A stretch of 64,000 nucleotides of DNA from Macrostomum lignano (Eukaryota), in contig NIVC01000887.1 in assembly GCA_002269645.1 (NCBI GenBank), forward strand, positions 62,001-126,000. Reading direction: 5' to 3'. Position 1 is the first letter of the stretch, and each line of letters begins with the position of its first letter. Below the pieces are notes generated by a model. It worked only from the letters and a program-made list of their open reading frames with translations. It was not told where the DNA came from and did no database searches. Below, one piece after another: positions 24,674 to 38,779 of this stretch. The position numbers and the translations under genes were made by a program.

Positions 24674-25341
24674 GACACACCAAGTACCATTTTAATCCGT
24701 CTCCAGTAATTTTTTCTTGTTCCAGACAGCCAATTTCTCTCAGAAGCCGCTCGATCCTCAGTTTCCTAGAAACGGCTCACTCCGAGCCCGCATCCGATTT
24801 TCTCATATCAGTAAACTCCGAGAAACCCATAAGACGCCAGCCCTCTCCCATCCTAGCGTGTTTAGAGAATCCTGGAAGCAGAATCTGCAACCTTACTCTT
24901 CCAGAAAAAGAGAGACAGATCGAGTAGGCCAGGCAGTGAAATCCAATGCCCAACACGATTGGCAAACCCTGGCGGACAGGCGGTCCCCGAGTTGAATCGC
25001 GGGCGGGAAGAGCCAGAGAAAGATGAACAGGCAGCTGCTGAAAGAGGGAGTCAAGCCAATAGTAGAAATAGAAGAATAAGAATGAGCTGGAGGATTCCAA
25101 ACTGCCTTTTCCCCATGGGGCGGAGGCCTCGCCCCCCAAACTGTTTGCGCTGCGTGCGCCTCGGCCGCCGCCCCTCTAAAAAAGCCGCGCGGGAGACTCT
25201 GGCCAAATATTGAACTATCGAACTGTGTGTACTTTTGGACATGAGTAGAGACTCTCTGTTTGCAGCTGGCGCATTCGTAGCTGCTGTCTGTTGCCTTTGG
25301 CATAGAGAATTTACAGATATAGCGTAGAATGACCGATTTAT

Positions 25342-25557
25342 TGGTTGATTGATTGATGGATTGGTTGATTGATTGACTGATTGACTGATTGACTGATTGA
25401 CTGATTGACTGATTGATTGATTGATTGATTGACTGATTGACTGATTGACTGATTGATTGACTGATTGACTGATTGATTGATTGATTGACTGATTGACTGA
25501 TTGACTGATTGATTGACTGATTGACTGATTGACTGATTGACTGATTGACTGACTGAC

Positions 25558-25597
<40 letters not shown>

Positions 25598-25630
25598 GGA
25601 TTGTTTGATTGATTGTTTTATTGATTGACT
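25342..25630. repeat. (GATT/GACT)n compound microsatellite
   Basis: Visible run next to the GPCR exon 1 donor. Confidence 0.95.
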
Positions 25631-25696
25631 TAGCGAACAATTAAGATATTTGCACCAGTTTAGCAGTAAAAATGTTCCCTCCAGCCAAGCACTCAC

Positions 25697-26570
25697 CGGC
25701 CACCTGCAGCCTGGCCTGCCGCTGCTCCCTGGCCGCCGTGGCCGCCCCAGCGCCTCCGCCACGGTGCACTCGCAGCGTCACGGCCGAGTCGCTGCCGTTT
25801 CCACCTCCGCCGCCGTCGTTGCCGCTGCCACCGACGCCGCCGCCGGCGCTCCTGGACTCGGCCCCGGCTGTCCGCGTCGTCTTGACCCCGGAGGCCAGGA
25901 ATCGGTTCTGCTTGACAGCCTCGCGGTAGATTCGAATGTAGAAGAACACAACAATGCCCAGCGGCAGGTAGAACGAGAACAGCACTGAGAACAGGATGTA
26001 GCCCGGATCGTTGGACACGTTGCACTGCTGCCGCTGCTCTCCGTCCTGCGACTTGCGCCAGCCGAGCAGCGGCCCCACCGACACCAGGAATGACAGCAGC
26101 CAGACGGCCAGCACCAGCATGCAGGCCCGGCGATGGCTGACAATTCGTGAGTGCTGCAACGGCCGGGTCACCCCGATGTACCGATCCAGCGAGATGGCGC
26201 ACAGCGACATGATGCTGGCGGTGCAGCAGAGCACGTCTACGCAGGCCCACAGGTCGCAGAGCAGCGGGCCGAACAGCCAGCAGCCGCCAGTCACCTCCAG
26301 AACGGAGCTCAGCGGCAAGACGCAGCTGCCCAGCAACAGGTCGGCTACGGCAAGGTTGGACACAAAAATTGCCGTGGTGGATCGGAGATTGCGGTGGAGC
26401 AGCACGGCTAGCAGTACCAGAGAGTTGCCGAACACGGTGCCCAGGGCGATGAGGCCGAGCACCATTCCTGTCACTACGGACCTGTGATCCAGCTGCAGCT
26501 GCTCACCGCACAGGCTGCTGTTGCGGACCGGGCTGTTGTTCAGCGACTGCGAAGACTCCGCCTCCTGCAT
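25697..26570 (-). CDS. ADRA1: Alpha-1 adrenergic receptor-like GPCR, coding exon 1 (TM1-TM5, ICL3)
   Basis: WACVDVLCCTASIMSLCAISLDRYIGV, GPLLGWR and DPGYILFSVLFSFYLPL closely match vertebrate ADRA1. Acceptor 2 nt before ATG; donor G|GTGAGT. Confidence 0.88.
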
Positions 26571-26595
26571 GCCTGGAAGGTTGAGCCAACTGAGT

Positions 26596-27425
26596 CTCTC
26601 TGATCACCGCTCTCTGATCACCGCTCTCTGATCACCGCTGCCTCTCTGATCACCGCTGCCTCTCTGATCACCGCTGCCTCTCTGATCACCGCTGCCTCTC
26701 TGATCACCGCTGCCTCTCTGATCACCGCTCTCTGATCACCGCTGCCTCTCTGATCACCGCTGCCTCTCTGATCACCGCTGCCTCTCTGATCACCGCTGCC
26801 TCTCTGATCACCGCTGCCTCTCTGATCACCGCTGCCTCTCTGATCACCGCTGCCTCTCTGATCACCGCTGCCTCTCTGATCACCGCTGCCTCTCTGATCA
26901 CCGCTCTCTGATCACCGCTGCCTCTCTGATCACCGCTGCCTCTCTGATCACCGCTGCCTCTCTGATCACCGCTGCCTCTCTGATCACCGCTGCCTCTCTG
27001 ATCACCGCTGCCTCTCTGATCACCGCTGCCTCTCTGATCACCGCTGCCTCTCTGATCACCGCTCTCTGATCACCGCTGCCTCTCTGATCACCGCTCTCTG
27101 ATCACCGCTGCCTCTCTGATCACCGCTGCCTCTCTGATCACCGCTCTCTGATCACCGCTCTCTGGTCACCGCTCTCTGATCACCGCTCTCTGATCACCGC
27201 TCTCTGATCACCGCTCTCTGATCACCGCTCTCTGATCACCGCTCTCTGATCACCGCTCTCTGATCACCGCTCTCTGATCACCGCTGCCTCTCTGATCACC
27301 GCTGCCTCTCTGATCACCGCTGCCTCTCTGATCACCGCTGCCTCTCTGATCACCGCTGCCTCTCTGATCACCGCTGCCTCTCTGATCACCGCTGCCTCTC
27401 TGATCACCGCTGCCTCTCTGATCAC
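26596..27425. repeat. 18/14-bp minisatellite (CTCTCTGATCACCGCTGC) filling the putative 5'UTR intron of the GPCR
   Basis: The array lies between a GTGAG donor (27430-27426, - strand) and the acceptor at 26574-26573. Confidence 0.92.
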
Positions 27426-29009
27426 CTCACCAAACAGACCCTTTAGATCGCCACAGGTCAGAGGCAGTTTACGAGCTATATTGAAATTTCCCAACAATTT
27501 TGAAACTACAGGTTCTCAAGTATCACTGAAGGAGATGTTTTGACTGATACGGTTAAAGCAGGATGCAACAGTACTAGCAGAGTATAAAAAATTCTCGATG
27601 AACATCGTAAATAACAATCCTGCTTTTGAAGTGATAAAGCGGCGAGCCTCTTTATAAGGCATTCGCCATTGAATTCTTGAGGAAACCAAATAAGTGTAAC
27701 ACGCCTTAGCAGCAAATCTTTTTGATCATCTGACAGCCAGGCAAACGACTGAGGAATCAGGGAAGGAAACTGAGAGCGGGATTCGCTTTGCTGGCAATAA
27801 TAAGTGTTCGACGAAGCCTTTCTTCCTGTTCGAATGAAAATCTGTGCCTTTCACTGAGAATCTGGATTATAATTGTTGAATATCATAATTGTGCCAACTC
27901 GACAAGAGTATTAAGAATGGGGAAATTTCTCCCTCAGACCATTTTACTGTGACCGTTGTGATGGACAAAAGTACGTGATGTCGTATAAAATCTTAGGCAT
28001 AATAATTTTAGGAAAATCAATTTTCCCTTGTTTTCCAATAAACGAAAGCTTGACGAGCATTCCACGAAATGAAAGACTTTCGAAGTTCGAATTTTAAAAG
28101 AATTCAAATTTTCATAGAACTTTGAATACAATCCTATTCTTTTGTTTTTTTCCGGAAAAGAAAGCTTTCTTGATTTCCTGGAAATGTAGAAATTCTGGGT
28201 TTTTAGGAAACAAAACATTTTAAAATGTAGCTTTGAGAAAAATCCGATTCTATTGATTTCCAAGAAATCCAGGCTTTCCGGGTTTCGAGGAAACGTAGGA
28301 CTTTCGAGTTTTTCTAGGAAACACAGGACTAGGTGGCAAAGGAATATAAACATTTAATTACTTTTCCATTTTTTAATTCACGAAACGCTAGAATTTTAGG
28401 CTTTCTAGGAAAAGAAGGATTTAAAAAAACTTTTCGGAAAATCTGATTGTTTTGATTTCTAGGAACCGCAAGTCTTTCGTGCTTTCGTACTCTAAGCAAG
28501 GAAAACGATTTTTGTTCTCTATTTTTAAACTATCAAAGCAAACTTTCCACTTTGATAGAGCTCGCTGTTCCCCCATGTCTTACTACGATTTTTACTCACT
28601 ACTACGAGGGCCTACGCATTTGGGAGTGCACACCTACCTTGCCTCTCAGCTTGCTACTCGTCTGTTGCTCAGGTCATGCAGTCACAGAGTTGGAAGGCTT
28701 CTTTTTGCCCGTGGGACCTTTGTTAACGGGATCTGTACCCGGCCCATGGGATCTGGCAGATATCCCCAAGCCTACCTACCAGCCCATTGGGCTGCTGGGC
28801 TGACCAATCAGAGAATTCAAAATCCAAATTCAAAGCCTCATCGTTTACTATTAACTTAGTGAGTCTGGCGCTTTGGGAATCGAGCTCAGGACGTACTTAA
28901 CACAGGGAATTAACGTCTTTTTAGTGCACTTTGTCGACCTGTATTCGTCAAGGTGGCTCTCCCGACACCCAGTGGGGCGACCCCAAACCTTAAAGAGGCA
29001 GCCGAACCC

Positions 29010-29630
29010 CAGAAGTGGCGCCCCCTCCACAGCCCCCAAAAAGTGGCGTCCCCTCCCCAGCTCCCAAAAAGTGGCGCCCCCTCTCCAGCCCCCAAAAAGT
29101 GGCGCCCCCTCCCCAGCTCCCAAAAAGTGGCACCCCATCCCCAACCTCAGAAGTGGCGCCCCTCCTCAGCCCCCGAAAAGTGGTGCCCCCTCCTTAACCC
29201 CCATGAAGTGGCGCCCCTCCTCAGCCCCCAAGAAGTGGCGCCCCCTCCCCAGCCCCCAAAAAGTGGCGCCCCATCCCCAACCTCAGAAGTGGCGCCCCCT
29301 CCCCAGCCCCCAAAAAGTGACACCCCATCCCCAACCTCAGAAGTGGCGCCCCCTCCCCAACCCCCAAGAAGTGGCGCCCCCTCCCCAACCCCCAAGAAGT
29401 GGCGCCCCCTCCCCAGCCCCCAAAAAGTGACACCCCATCCCCAACCTCAGAAGTGGCGCCCCCTCCCCAGCCCCCAAAAAGTGACACCCCATCCCCAACC
29501 TCAGAAGTGGCGCCCCCTCCCCAACCCCCAAGAAGTGGCGCCCCCTCCCCAACCCCCAAGAAGTGGCGCCCCCTCCCCAGCCCCCAAAAAGTGGCGCCCC
29601 ATCTCCAACCCCAGAAGTGGCGCATTCATG
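29010..29630. repeat. ~28-bp minisatellite (AAGTGGCGCCCCCTCCCCAGCCCCCAAA)
   Basis: About 21 copies; source of the Pro-rich pseudo-ORFs. Confidence 0.92.
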
Positions 29631-32302
29631 GTGGCGCCCCGGGCCCCCCAGAGTGAGGGCTCAACACCCAAAGTGTCCGAAGATCTTTTTTATGTCTCGT
29701 TTTTCAGAAAAAACGAAACAAGCTTTTCTTTCTTAGTCAAAATTAATTTTTTAACGCGATAAAAGAAAAGCTAAGATTTGTTCAAACATTTCCTAGAAAT
29801 GAAAAGTTGTCCTAAACACAGTAGTCCATGAATGCCACAGTGCCTACTGGATTTGAAGTCCAAGGGCAACTCATCGCCTCAACTGATGGCCAGATTGTCA
29901 GGCAAGGAGTTGAGGATCCGATGTGGACATTCTGTTGGCACATGGGTTGAAGACAGCGGGGACAGATATCCCCCTGGCAAGTTCAGCAGCTGTTCCATCA
30001 GCGCACGTATTATTTATCCCCATCTGCTGCAGTTGGAGGCCCAACTGACCGGGAGAAAAATTGCTTGCGGACTTGTCGGCAGGCCCGGTCAGCGCAAGAA
30101 GTGTCAGTCAAGGCCGGTGTTTGTTGCTGGGGCTACCCTTGAAAGTTCGAGTGGCGGGCGATTTTACTTTAGTAGTCAGGAAGCGCAGATCCTGTAATGC
30201 CACATGCAGCTGTCTGCAGATGCTCGACGCTGGAGTTTGGAATTTCTTAGAAATAACATTCTCGTTTTTTTGAAAAAAATCTTTGCTAAGTTACGTCTAT
30301 ATGTGGACTTTTGATTCTTAAATAACAGAGTTTAGATGACGCGAGCGCACTAGACTACTAGTCGATACACTGAGCAGTAGGATGTCTAGAACATGAATAA
30401 TAAAGTGTCATTCAACAGCAAAGCTTTCTGTTCAACACAAAACACGCATTGAATTGAACAATATTTTAGAAAGAGAGAAAGGAAATTGAATCCCCGATGC
30501 CATCACAATAGGGAACCTTCGCGCATCCTGGTTCACCCAAAAAGCGGGGGTGGCAAACCAGGCCTGAACGGCAGCAAGGCAGAGTCTTCAGCTTAGACTG
30601 CTAGCTGTAAGGCAGCAGCTGCGGCAGCTCCAGACGGTGCCAGGCAGTCCCGCAGCCATAGATGGCCGCTGAATTGTCTGCACGGGGCGGCAGCTGGCCC
30701 TGATTGGCACACGTCAATCACAACCGAGGGCTGGGGAGGCGGACCCTCGCCGCCTCGCTCTTAGCCAGCAGTGTTAAATGCGTATAGCTTGAACAAAGGT
30801 TTGCATGACTGAATAATGCTGTTGTGTTACGCAGAGAAACTGGAGGCAGATGACCCTTCAACGGTGAGAAATCGCCCCCCCCCTAAGCGCCTCCTCCCCC
30901 GCTCTCTCGGGTGCTTAGCGAGTGCAAATTAGAAGTGAAATTCGGCCGTGGGAGTCCAAAACTTGTTACTAGACTTGCTCAGCCAAGCTGACGACACGCG
31001 TGGGTGAACGAGAGCCTGACGGACAGATGGAGCAATTAATACTGAGGGCTATTAGTGACTTTCGAAGAATAATAATAAATAATGACGATTATGCAGACGC
31101 TTCGTAACAGTAGGAGACAGACAGGCTGACAGGCAGGCGGAAGACTAAATAAACTGCAAGCAATTTCGGGACCTTGAAGATTCGGGCTGTCTCGACGGTT
31201 TCTTGGAGTTGCAGTAATAATATCATGATTGCAGGAAGGCCCTCCCTGGCGCAACGCCTTCGGCAGTGGCCATTTGACTTTCATTCTGATAAATTTGAGG
31301 AAAAAAGTTATAATATTTGCCATTAAATAAAACGAGACCAACAAACGGAGATAGTGGCATGCCGTTCCGTCATTTATTTTCATTTACAATTAGAGGTGTT
31401 AAAATGATAATGTTAAATAGCCAAGGTAAATGTAATCGCATGTTAATTATAGGGATTTGTGATGCAATAAATTGATTGCAGATGCAGGTATAGATTCTTA
31501 AATAACAATAATTTCATACCCGTGCCTAACTAAATAAAGGAATTTGACAAAATTTAAACAAATCAAGTTTAAGTTTAAAGTTTAGGGGGCAAAGCGCTAA
31601 AACTGTGCTTAACTGGTGCAGAAACATAGCATGAGCAGTGTGGAATAGTGCAGTGAGGGGGACAGGCGGATGGCGACAGAGGATGACAGGTGATCCAGGC
31701 AACCCAGGCCGAAACCGGAAACCCTTTGGGACAGTGAATTTCACAAACCGGACCACAGTTAATCGGGTATTGTTGCAGACCTGCATATCGATAATGGATA
31801 TTTGGTTTTACCACCTGAGGATAGACCTACAAGGGGAACTCGATGCCCTCTGTGGGACAAATCTCGCCCGATCCTCAGTCTGCTCAAATTGCCAGTTGCC
31901 AGTTGCTGATCGATATGTACAGACGGAGCAGCCAGGCACCTGGTTGCCAGGCGGAACTCGCTGCTCGCAAAAGTATTAACGAGTAGAGGAGGTAGAATAT
32001 GATGGTGCATTAACAAAACTGGGCTGAGAACTCTAAAAAAGAATTATTATTTTTATAATAGCCGAACAAACTCGTGAGAAATGCGAACTTTCAATATTTA
32101 AGAATGAATTTATCAGTCGTGTCAGCTTCGAGCATGAAAAGTGACACAACAGTTCGCTAAGATGAGGGGTTAGAGAGGCGGGCACAGGAACAAGTAGTCG
32201 ACAGAAATTGTTTGTCTCAATTGGACTTTTCTCGTCTCCGGAAATAGTGACATTTTAGTCTGCATCCCAACGGAGGCAGAGAAACAGCGCGCCGGCCTAC
32301 TA

Positions 32303-33108
32303 CTAGTTCTTGTAGTCGCTGTAGTAGTAGCTGTCGTACGAGTACCGACTCCCGCCAGGCGGTGGCTGCGGCGGCTGCGCCGGTCGCCGCGGCGGCAGAG
32401 TCGGCAAAGCTGTGCGGCCTCGCTGCCTGTTGCGCCTCTGCCGGCGGCCTCTTCGACCCCGCCGCCCCCGCCGCTCCGCATCGGCGCCGGCGCCCTTCCT
32501 GCCGCCGTTTCTCCTGTTCTTCTTCCTCTTGCCGCCGCGGCCGCCGCCGTTGCGCCGCTTCTTCTTGTTTCGCTTTTTGCCGCCGCGTCGGCCGCCACGT
32601 CGGCCACCGCCGCCGCCTCGGCTGCCGGCATCCGGCAGCTTCGGCCTGGGCTGCGGCAGCACCTCCGGCAGTCGGCGACCGCCGGCTCCGTCAACATTGT
32701 CGATGCTGGCGCCGCCGCGGCAGAGGTTGCCGCCGCTGCCGCCTGGCCGGCGACGGCTCCGCCGCTGACTGCGCCGGATCTGGCGGATGGCGCGGCGGAA
32801 CTGCCGATTGCTGCGATCCCACTCGGCCAGGAAGGCCACTTTGAGGTTGCCATCCGGGCTCATGGATCCCATTAGGAGGAATTTCTTTCTCCTAGAGGAA
32901 GCAGAAGACGAAGAAGCCGCGGAGGAGCTGTCCAGCGCGGCGCAGCGGCAACCGGCGGTGTCCACCACGGCGGAGCGGAGCTGTCGGCCTGCGGCGCCGC
33001 CCTCCTCGGCCTTGAAATGGCGGACCCGGCCACGCAGCCGCAGGCGGGTGGCGCCAGAGTCCGGGGCGGAGTCACCGGAGATCGGCGTCTTCAGGCGGGC
33101 CTTCACGA
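32303..33108 (-). CDS. SFRP: sFRP exon 3 (NTR domain + 138-aa basic/Tyr-rich tail); spliced total 460 aa
   Basis: CCCGCAG|TC; VVKARLK...GCRC...FLLMG...LKVAFLAEWDRSNRQFRRAIRQI aligns by eye to the sFRP NTR end. 499+78+806 = 1383 nt, in frame. Confidence 0.82.
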
Positions 33109-34114
33109 CTGCGGGCGAGGGCAGCGGGTTGGAGCGGATTAACGGGGAACTGCGGGCCGGAATTTCAGCTTTTTTTTCCAAGGAATAAAGCTGTCTACAG
33201 TGCTGCTGGAGGGAGACAGACGAACGTCATTTTTCCTATCTATTTAGTGTACTATGGAAGAAACTCTTTAGAACGGTAACAACTTGCCTACTGTCAAGCA
33301 GCAAAGCAACTCGACAAATTCATTTGGGTCGCACGAAAATTGACCGAGTGTGTGCGGTTCACACCCTAGCTTGTATTGACAACCTGAATTAGCAGGACAC
33401 CACAATAAAATTTCTTAGAAATGAACTGGAATATTTGTCGTATCGCCAGAGAACGCATGCCACTGAATGGGGTTTGGCCATAGACAAATTCGATCGCCCG
33501 GTTTATTGAGAAAATACAAAATGCACTGGCGTACCTTACTGGGGCCTACGCCTCATTTCTAAGAAAAATCAAGTGTTAGCCTCTTTCTACAGCAGTTGTT
33601 CATGTTCAGGGCCGAATACCTTGGCACACAGAGAGGGTTACTGTACAGTACAGTATTGTCGCGCTTGTTATATCTTCCTGGGAGTCAGCGGAATCGGCAA
33701 AAATGCCTCAGAGCTAACTGGCTTCAATTTCTTGTTTAGTACAAGCTGAGATGCAGCCAATTAAGTGCTAAAAAACCCGAAAAATTTAAACTCGCTAATC
33801 CGCTAAAGGCTGCAGAATTCGCTTCTACGAGTATGATACTTCAGCTGTCCCTTTGAACGAGACAACAGGCGCTTGGACTGCTATTGCAGTTTCCCTGGGA
33901 AACCTCTGCACCGATGGCTGATAGCAATCTTTGCACCGAAGATTTCGGGTTCCCTCTTAGATCGGCACTAATATAGACAAGAACAGGTCGAACCAGCTTC
34001 CCCAATGTCAGCTGCTATCAAGAAGATTAAGTGGAGAGCTTTTCCCGACTGTTTGAATCGATTAGCAAAAAATACTTGGGCATTAGGATTTGGCAAACTC
34101 CTGGCCACACTCAC

Positions 34115-34192
34115 CAACTTTGTTGACGCAGAAATTGGCAATAATTGACTCGTAGGTGACTTTCTCTCGACAGGCCAAGCACTCGGCGGTGG
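34115..34192 (-). CDS. SFRP: sFRP exon 2 (start of NTR domain)
   Basis: ATCGCAG|CC..TAECLACREKVTYESIIANFCVNKV..G|GTGAGT; 78 nt, phase 1-1; matches the C-x2-C...C short exon of sFRP1/2/5. Confidence 0.85.
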
Positions 34193-34745
34193 CTGCGATG
34201 GAGATCAGGTAAGGCGTAGCAATTAATCACTGGGCAGGGGATGGGGGCTACATTAGAGAGAGGCAGGGAAAAGATTGACATGTGCGCCGAAAACAGGACT
34301 GCGGCGGGCAAAAAGGAATCAGAGATTTTAGGAAGTCTGCACCGCATGGCGAAGGCCTCGGCGTCCTGGCCGCTTCTGTATCGCCTGGCTGGCAGAATAA
34401 ACTGTCTGTGGACCAGCTCTGCCGGTACTGCGCAGCTGAAAACTTTTACTTTTTTCAAGCGATTGCAGCCTGCAGTGCATGCAGCAGCAGCAACATTCTT
34501 GCATTCTCGGCCATTTCCGCCAGCCCAGTGGCGGCTAGAGTCAGGCGTGGGCCAGACGAAGGACTTTTGCGACTGCCACTCTGTTCTATCCGTGTTTCTG
34601 CGGTCAGTTTAGTCCGGTGACTGAGCTGTTTGGGTTCTGCGGCGATTTTTAGGTGTCGCAACCAGTGCAACTAAACTGGCTGATACATGGCTTCCCTGAC
34701 AACAAGACTGGGAACACGAGGGAAATATAAAAAATGCAGGATCCA

Positions 34746-35290
<545 letters not shown>

Positions 35291-35301
35291 GACAGACTCA
35301 C

Positions 35302-35800
35302 AGCTGACGGAGCTCCTGATGCACATGAGGTCCGAGTCAGGCGGGAACTGGGAGCAGTTGAGCATCTCGGGCCACTGAAAGCCGAAGCCCCGCATGAAGG
35401 CGGCGCAGGGCTGGCGGACGGCCTCGCAGAGACTGCGACAGGGTTTGATCTGCTTGTCGGGCAGCTGGTGGATGCACACGGGCGCGTACACGGAGCAGAG
35501 CAGGACGCGAACATCGCGATGGCACTCGGTGCGGGTCAGCGGCAGCCACTGCTTGGTGTTGTCCTGTACCTCGGTCACGGAGTCGTGGTTCAGCATGTTG
35601 GGCAGGCGCATCTCCGCGTACCCGATGTTGGCGCACAGTTCCAGGCTGCGCGGAATCGGCACGCAGCGGGAGGCGGCGGCCAGCGGCGAGACATTGATGC
35701 CGCCTGAGCCGCCGGGCAGGCTGGGCGGATTCCAGTCGGGCGGCATGGCCAGACAGCTGGCGGCGGCAGCAAGCAGTAGTGAAAGCAGCAATAGCGGCAT
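35302..35800 (-). CDS. SFRP: Secreted frizzled-related protein (sFRP1/2/5-like) exon 1: signal peptide + Frizzled CRD
   Basis: MPLLLLSLLLAAAASCLA signal; CVPIP..LELCANIGY..MRLPNML.H..CH....LLCSVYAPVC..PCRSLCEAVR..C...GFQWPEMLNCSQFP; donor T|GTGAGT. Confidence 0.93.
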
Positions 35801-37324
35801 TGTGCCTCGGTTGCTGAGATTAGTAAGACAGTTGATCCTCTCAAGGCTGCAATGCCGAGTTTTAGCCAGCGAGCTTCTCCTTGCCCGGCTATTCTATACC
35901 GGGGGGCTTCTTGTCGCGGGCAGTTGGGGTCGGCAGGGAGAGGAAAGAGGCGGCGGCTCAGCCAATCACAGCCCAGCAATGGCTGTCTGGAGACTCAGCC
36001 GCACGGAGCGCCTATTATTAGACAATTGAGGGCACAGGATGGCCATGTTAGGGCTACAGAATTCGCATACAGACAGGCAGGAGTATTCGGGACCACCCCT
36101 CTGTCCCAGCGGGCAATCTATCCATCAAGCTTCGAGCTGGGGCATTTTAGCGCCATTGAATTCAAGTGGAACTTGGACTGCGGGAGCTCCGGCGCAAGTG
36201 GGTTGGGGGGTCAGCCGGCAGCTCCAATTCTCTTTTTATCCGCGGCGGGGGTCGGGCAGAGGGCTCCGACATCAATTTATTATATAAGCTGCTGGCTATA
36301 TTTGAAGACTTGTCACTCACAGCCAGGCTTTTAAGGCTGCAATGATCAGTGGCAGTGCTCAAGAAGAGCCAAGAGAATAGTGTTATGAAGGGATGATTGC
36401 CCGGGGACTCCAGCGCTTAGTCTCCGACACATTGTAAACTGTGTTTGAGAGCCAGACCGAACTATGAAAAACAGACTCTCAACAGAGAAACTTTCAACCC
36501 TGAAAAAAGCGACGGGCAACGTGCCAGAGAAGTCGGTATTGTCTCTGATATAAATTGGCGGCGCTATCGACCTATCGACACAATACAGGTATACCGCAGG
36601 TGTGAAAAACTTTAACCTGCTAAGACCCGTTACGGCAAGGCGCGACGTGCCAAGTTGGTGTTTTGACTGAGTCCGAGAGATCGTTATGAAGATGCTTTCA
36701 TCGCCAAGGGGGTTGCGCATGGGATGTGCTAATAGGATAAGCGTTGGCAGGAAATGAATTCATGGATGGATGCCAAAGGCGCTAAAATAGAATCGAGAGC
36801 CCTTTAAATGCGCTAAGATGATCGGTGCATAAAAGTAGCTTATACCTTAGGGTGTGCTAAGATGACGCTATTAAACAGCTTTAACTTAAAGGCTCCATTA
36901 AGGAGCTAAAATAGGTTTAAAAAACCAGGTCTAAGAGCGTTAAAAAAGAAATTAAACAGCCAGTGGCGCTAAAACCGCGTCTATATGGTCTCTTTCTTTA
37001 TGATCTTTCAAATCGATGAGTATGAGAGCACGTGGAAGATCAAGCCAGTCTCCTTCCCCATCCAATTTATTGATTTGAACCATAATTTCTCAATGCCAGC
37101 TTTGGCTCAGCTGATGGAGAGCCTACCAGAAGACGATTGCAATCATCACTAGATTTCCAACGCTGTCTTTGGATGTGTTGTTCAGAAAATGCACATTTCT
37201 TTATGACTTACCTGACCAATTCAGACGTCCTTCCAGACACTGCACTAACAAGCAACAACAACAACAACAACAACAAAGTACTTCACCCGCCAGCCACGCA
37301 GTGGCTAGAAAGGGGGGGGAGAAG

Positions 37325-37770
37325 TCAGAGAGCGCGTCTCGGGGCCATAGCCCTCAGAAAGCCCCTCCCCCCAGCTTGGTTCGGGGCGCCAGCATCGGTC
37401 AAAAGCCTGTCAGGGTATCTCGCCGTTCGCCCTTGGCCTCGCCTGCGAGCCAAGCGAGCGAGCCTGCGAGGGCAGCGAGCCTCCGACCGGATGACGTGGC
37501 CGGCCAGTCGAAGTCGCCGCCCGCGCAGCAGGTCAGAAGGCCGCATCAGGCGCGACCTCGTGTAGAGCGCGGCGTTGGTCTCGCTGCCTGGACCGCTGCG
37601 CACTCCGAATGCCGCACGCAGCATGGCCGCATGCGCGGCGTCCAGCTGCCTCTCCGAAGCGTCCGTCAGAGTCCAGGTCTCGACGTTGTACAACAAGAGT
37701 CTCAACGACTGCCTGAAGCAGCCGAGCCTTGAGCCCGTCATCCAGGGCCTGGTCATCCAGGGCCAGGCAA
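37325..37770 (-). mobile_element. RTE-clade LINE 3' fragment (frameshifted RT C-terminal region)
   Basis: KARLLQAVVETL / LLYNVETWTLT...TNAALY...RRLRLAGHVIR is typical of the RTE ORF C-terminus. Confidence 0.8.
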
Positions 37771-38779
37771 AGAAAACTTTTCCCATCATCTACTCGTAAT
37801 GTTCGAGTGACATCTTGCTCCACCGATATTCGACAGCACATTGAACAGCAGCTGACAATTGGACAAGCTGCGCTGTCAAAGATAACAGCGACAGTTTTAA
37901 ACAGCACGAGCTTTACTATGCGCTTTGACATTAACTATTGTGTTACAAATAATATTTAAAAAACTACTTGAAGTAGGGGTGTGAGAAAATTGTAGCTGAT
38001 ATTTTATCTACATTTAGTAGCAAAAATATTTTTTTTAATTCGCCCTGTTCCTCACGCTGCCCAGTTTAATATTTTTTTTCAAAACCCGTTGATGGCTACT
38101 AGTGCCCGATTTCGCCTGAAATTAAGCATTAAGCTATTTTTAATTAATTAAGTATTACTACTCTCCAGATTAATACTATGCAATAAGACACCTGTAAATT
38201 TAATACGTTAAAACAAAACAACTATATGCAACTGTAATTCGTCCTGAAATTTGCACCAAAGTTTCGCATGAAGTTCCGGCGATCCGGCGGCTTCTAACTG
38301 CACTGCCTGCTATGTAATCACTCTTTATCCTGGTTGCCCCCTCCCTTGTGGCACGTGTGCGCCAAAGCATTGCTGTGAAGAAGCCAGATGCTCCTAATGA
38401 CCGTACCGAACCTCTTTTCCTCTTTTTGATGGTCTCCTTGAGCTGCATGGCACAATGTGACTATGTAGGAGTCACTAGCGACCGTCTGCTTCTCTGGCAG
38501 CACTCCCTGGCGATCCCAAGATAGTGCTCATTCTTTCCTTCATTGATGACACTGTCTTTGCCTTCAGTGGAGTGGGTTCATCGGAGCGCTCCCACTGCAT
38601 ACTCTGGACTTCAGCCTCCGGCTGATACAGATAGAATAATCAATGATAACAAAAGCCAAGACAAAGTCAGAAGCTCGTCTTGGCGATACTTTTGAGCAGC
38701 TGCTATGGTGCTGGCATGTTCGTACCTTGCTTCGCTGTATCTCTGCAGTCAGGAGTTTTGGCACAAACCTTTGACAGTT

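Noticed and set aside
28873-29762. Pro-rich ORFs (APPPQPPKSG)
   Set aside because: Translations of the 28-bp minisatellite.
31526-32016. Possible retroelement protease/RT fragment
   Set aside because: No diagnostic motif (DxG, YxDD) in any frame.
32170-33188. Alternative-frame and antisense ORFs over sFRP exon 3 (similarly over GPCR, orphan ORF and CHAF1A exons)
   Set aside because: Shadow ORFs expected in GC-rich coding DNA; only one frame matches a known family and splices in phase.
34290-34700. Possible extra sFRP exon between exons 1 and 2
   Set aside because: The candidate acceptors I tried give an early stop in phase 1, and exon 1 joins 34192 in frame without it.
37800-37950. Second RTE-like fragment on + (DIRQHIEQQLTIGQAALSKI)
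   Set aside because: Only a weak resemblance over ~30 aa; cannot be supported without a search.
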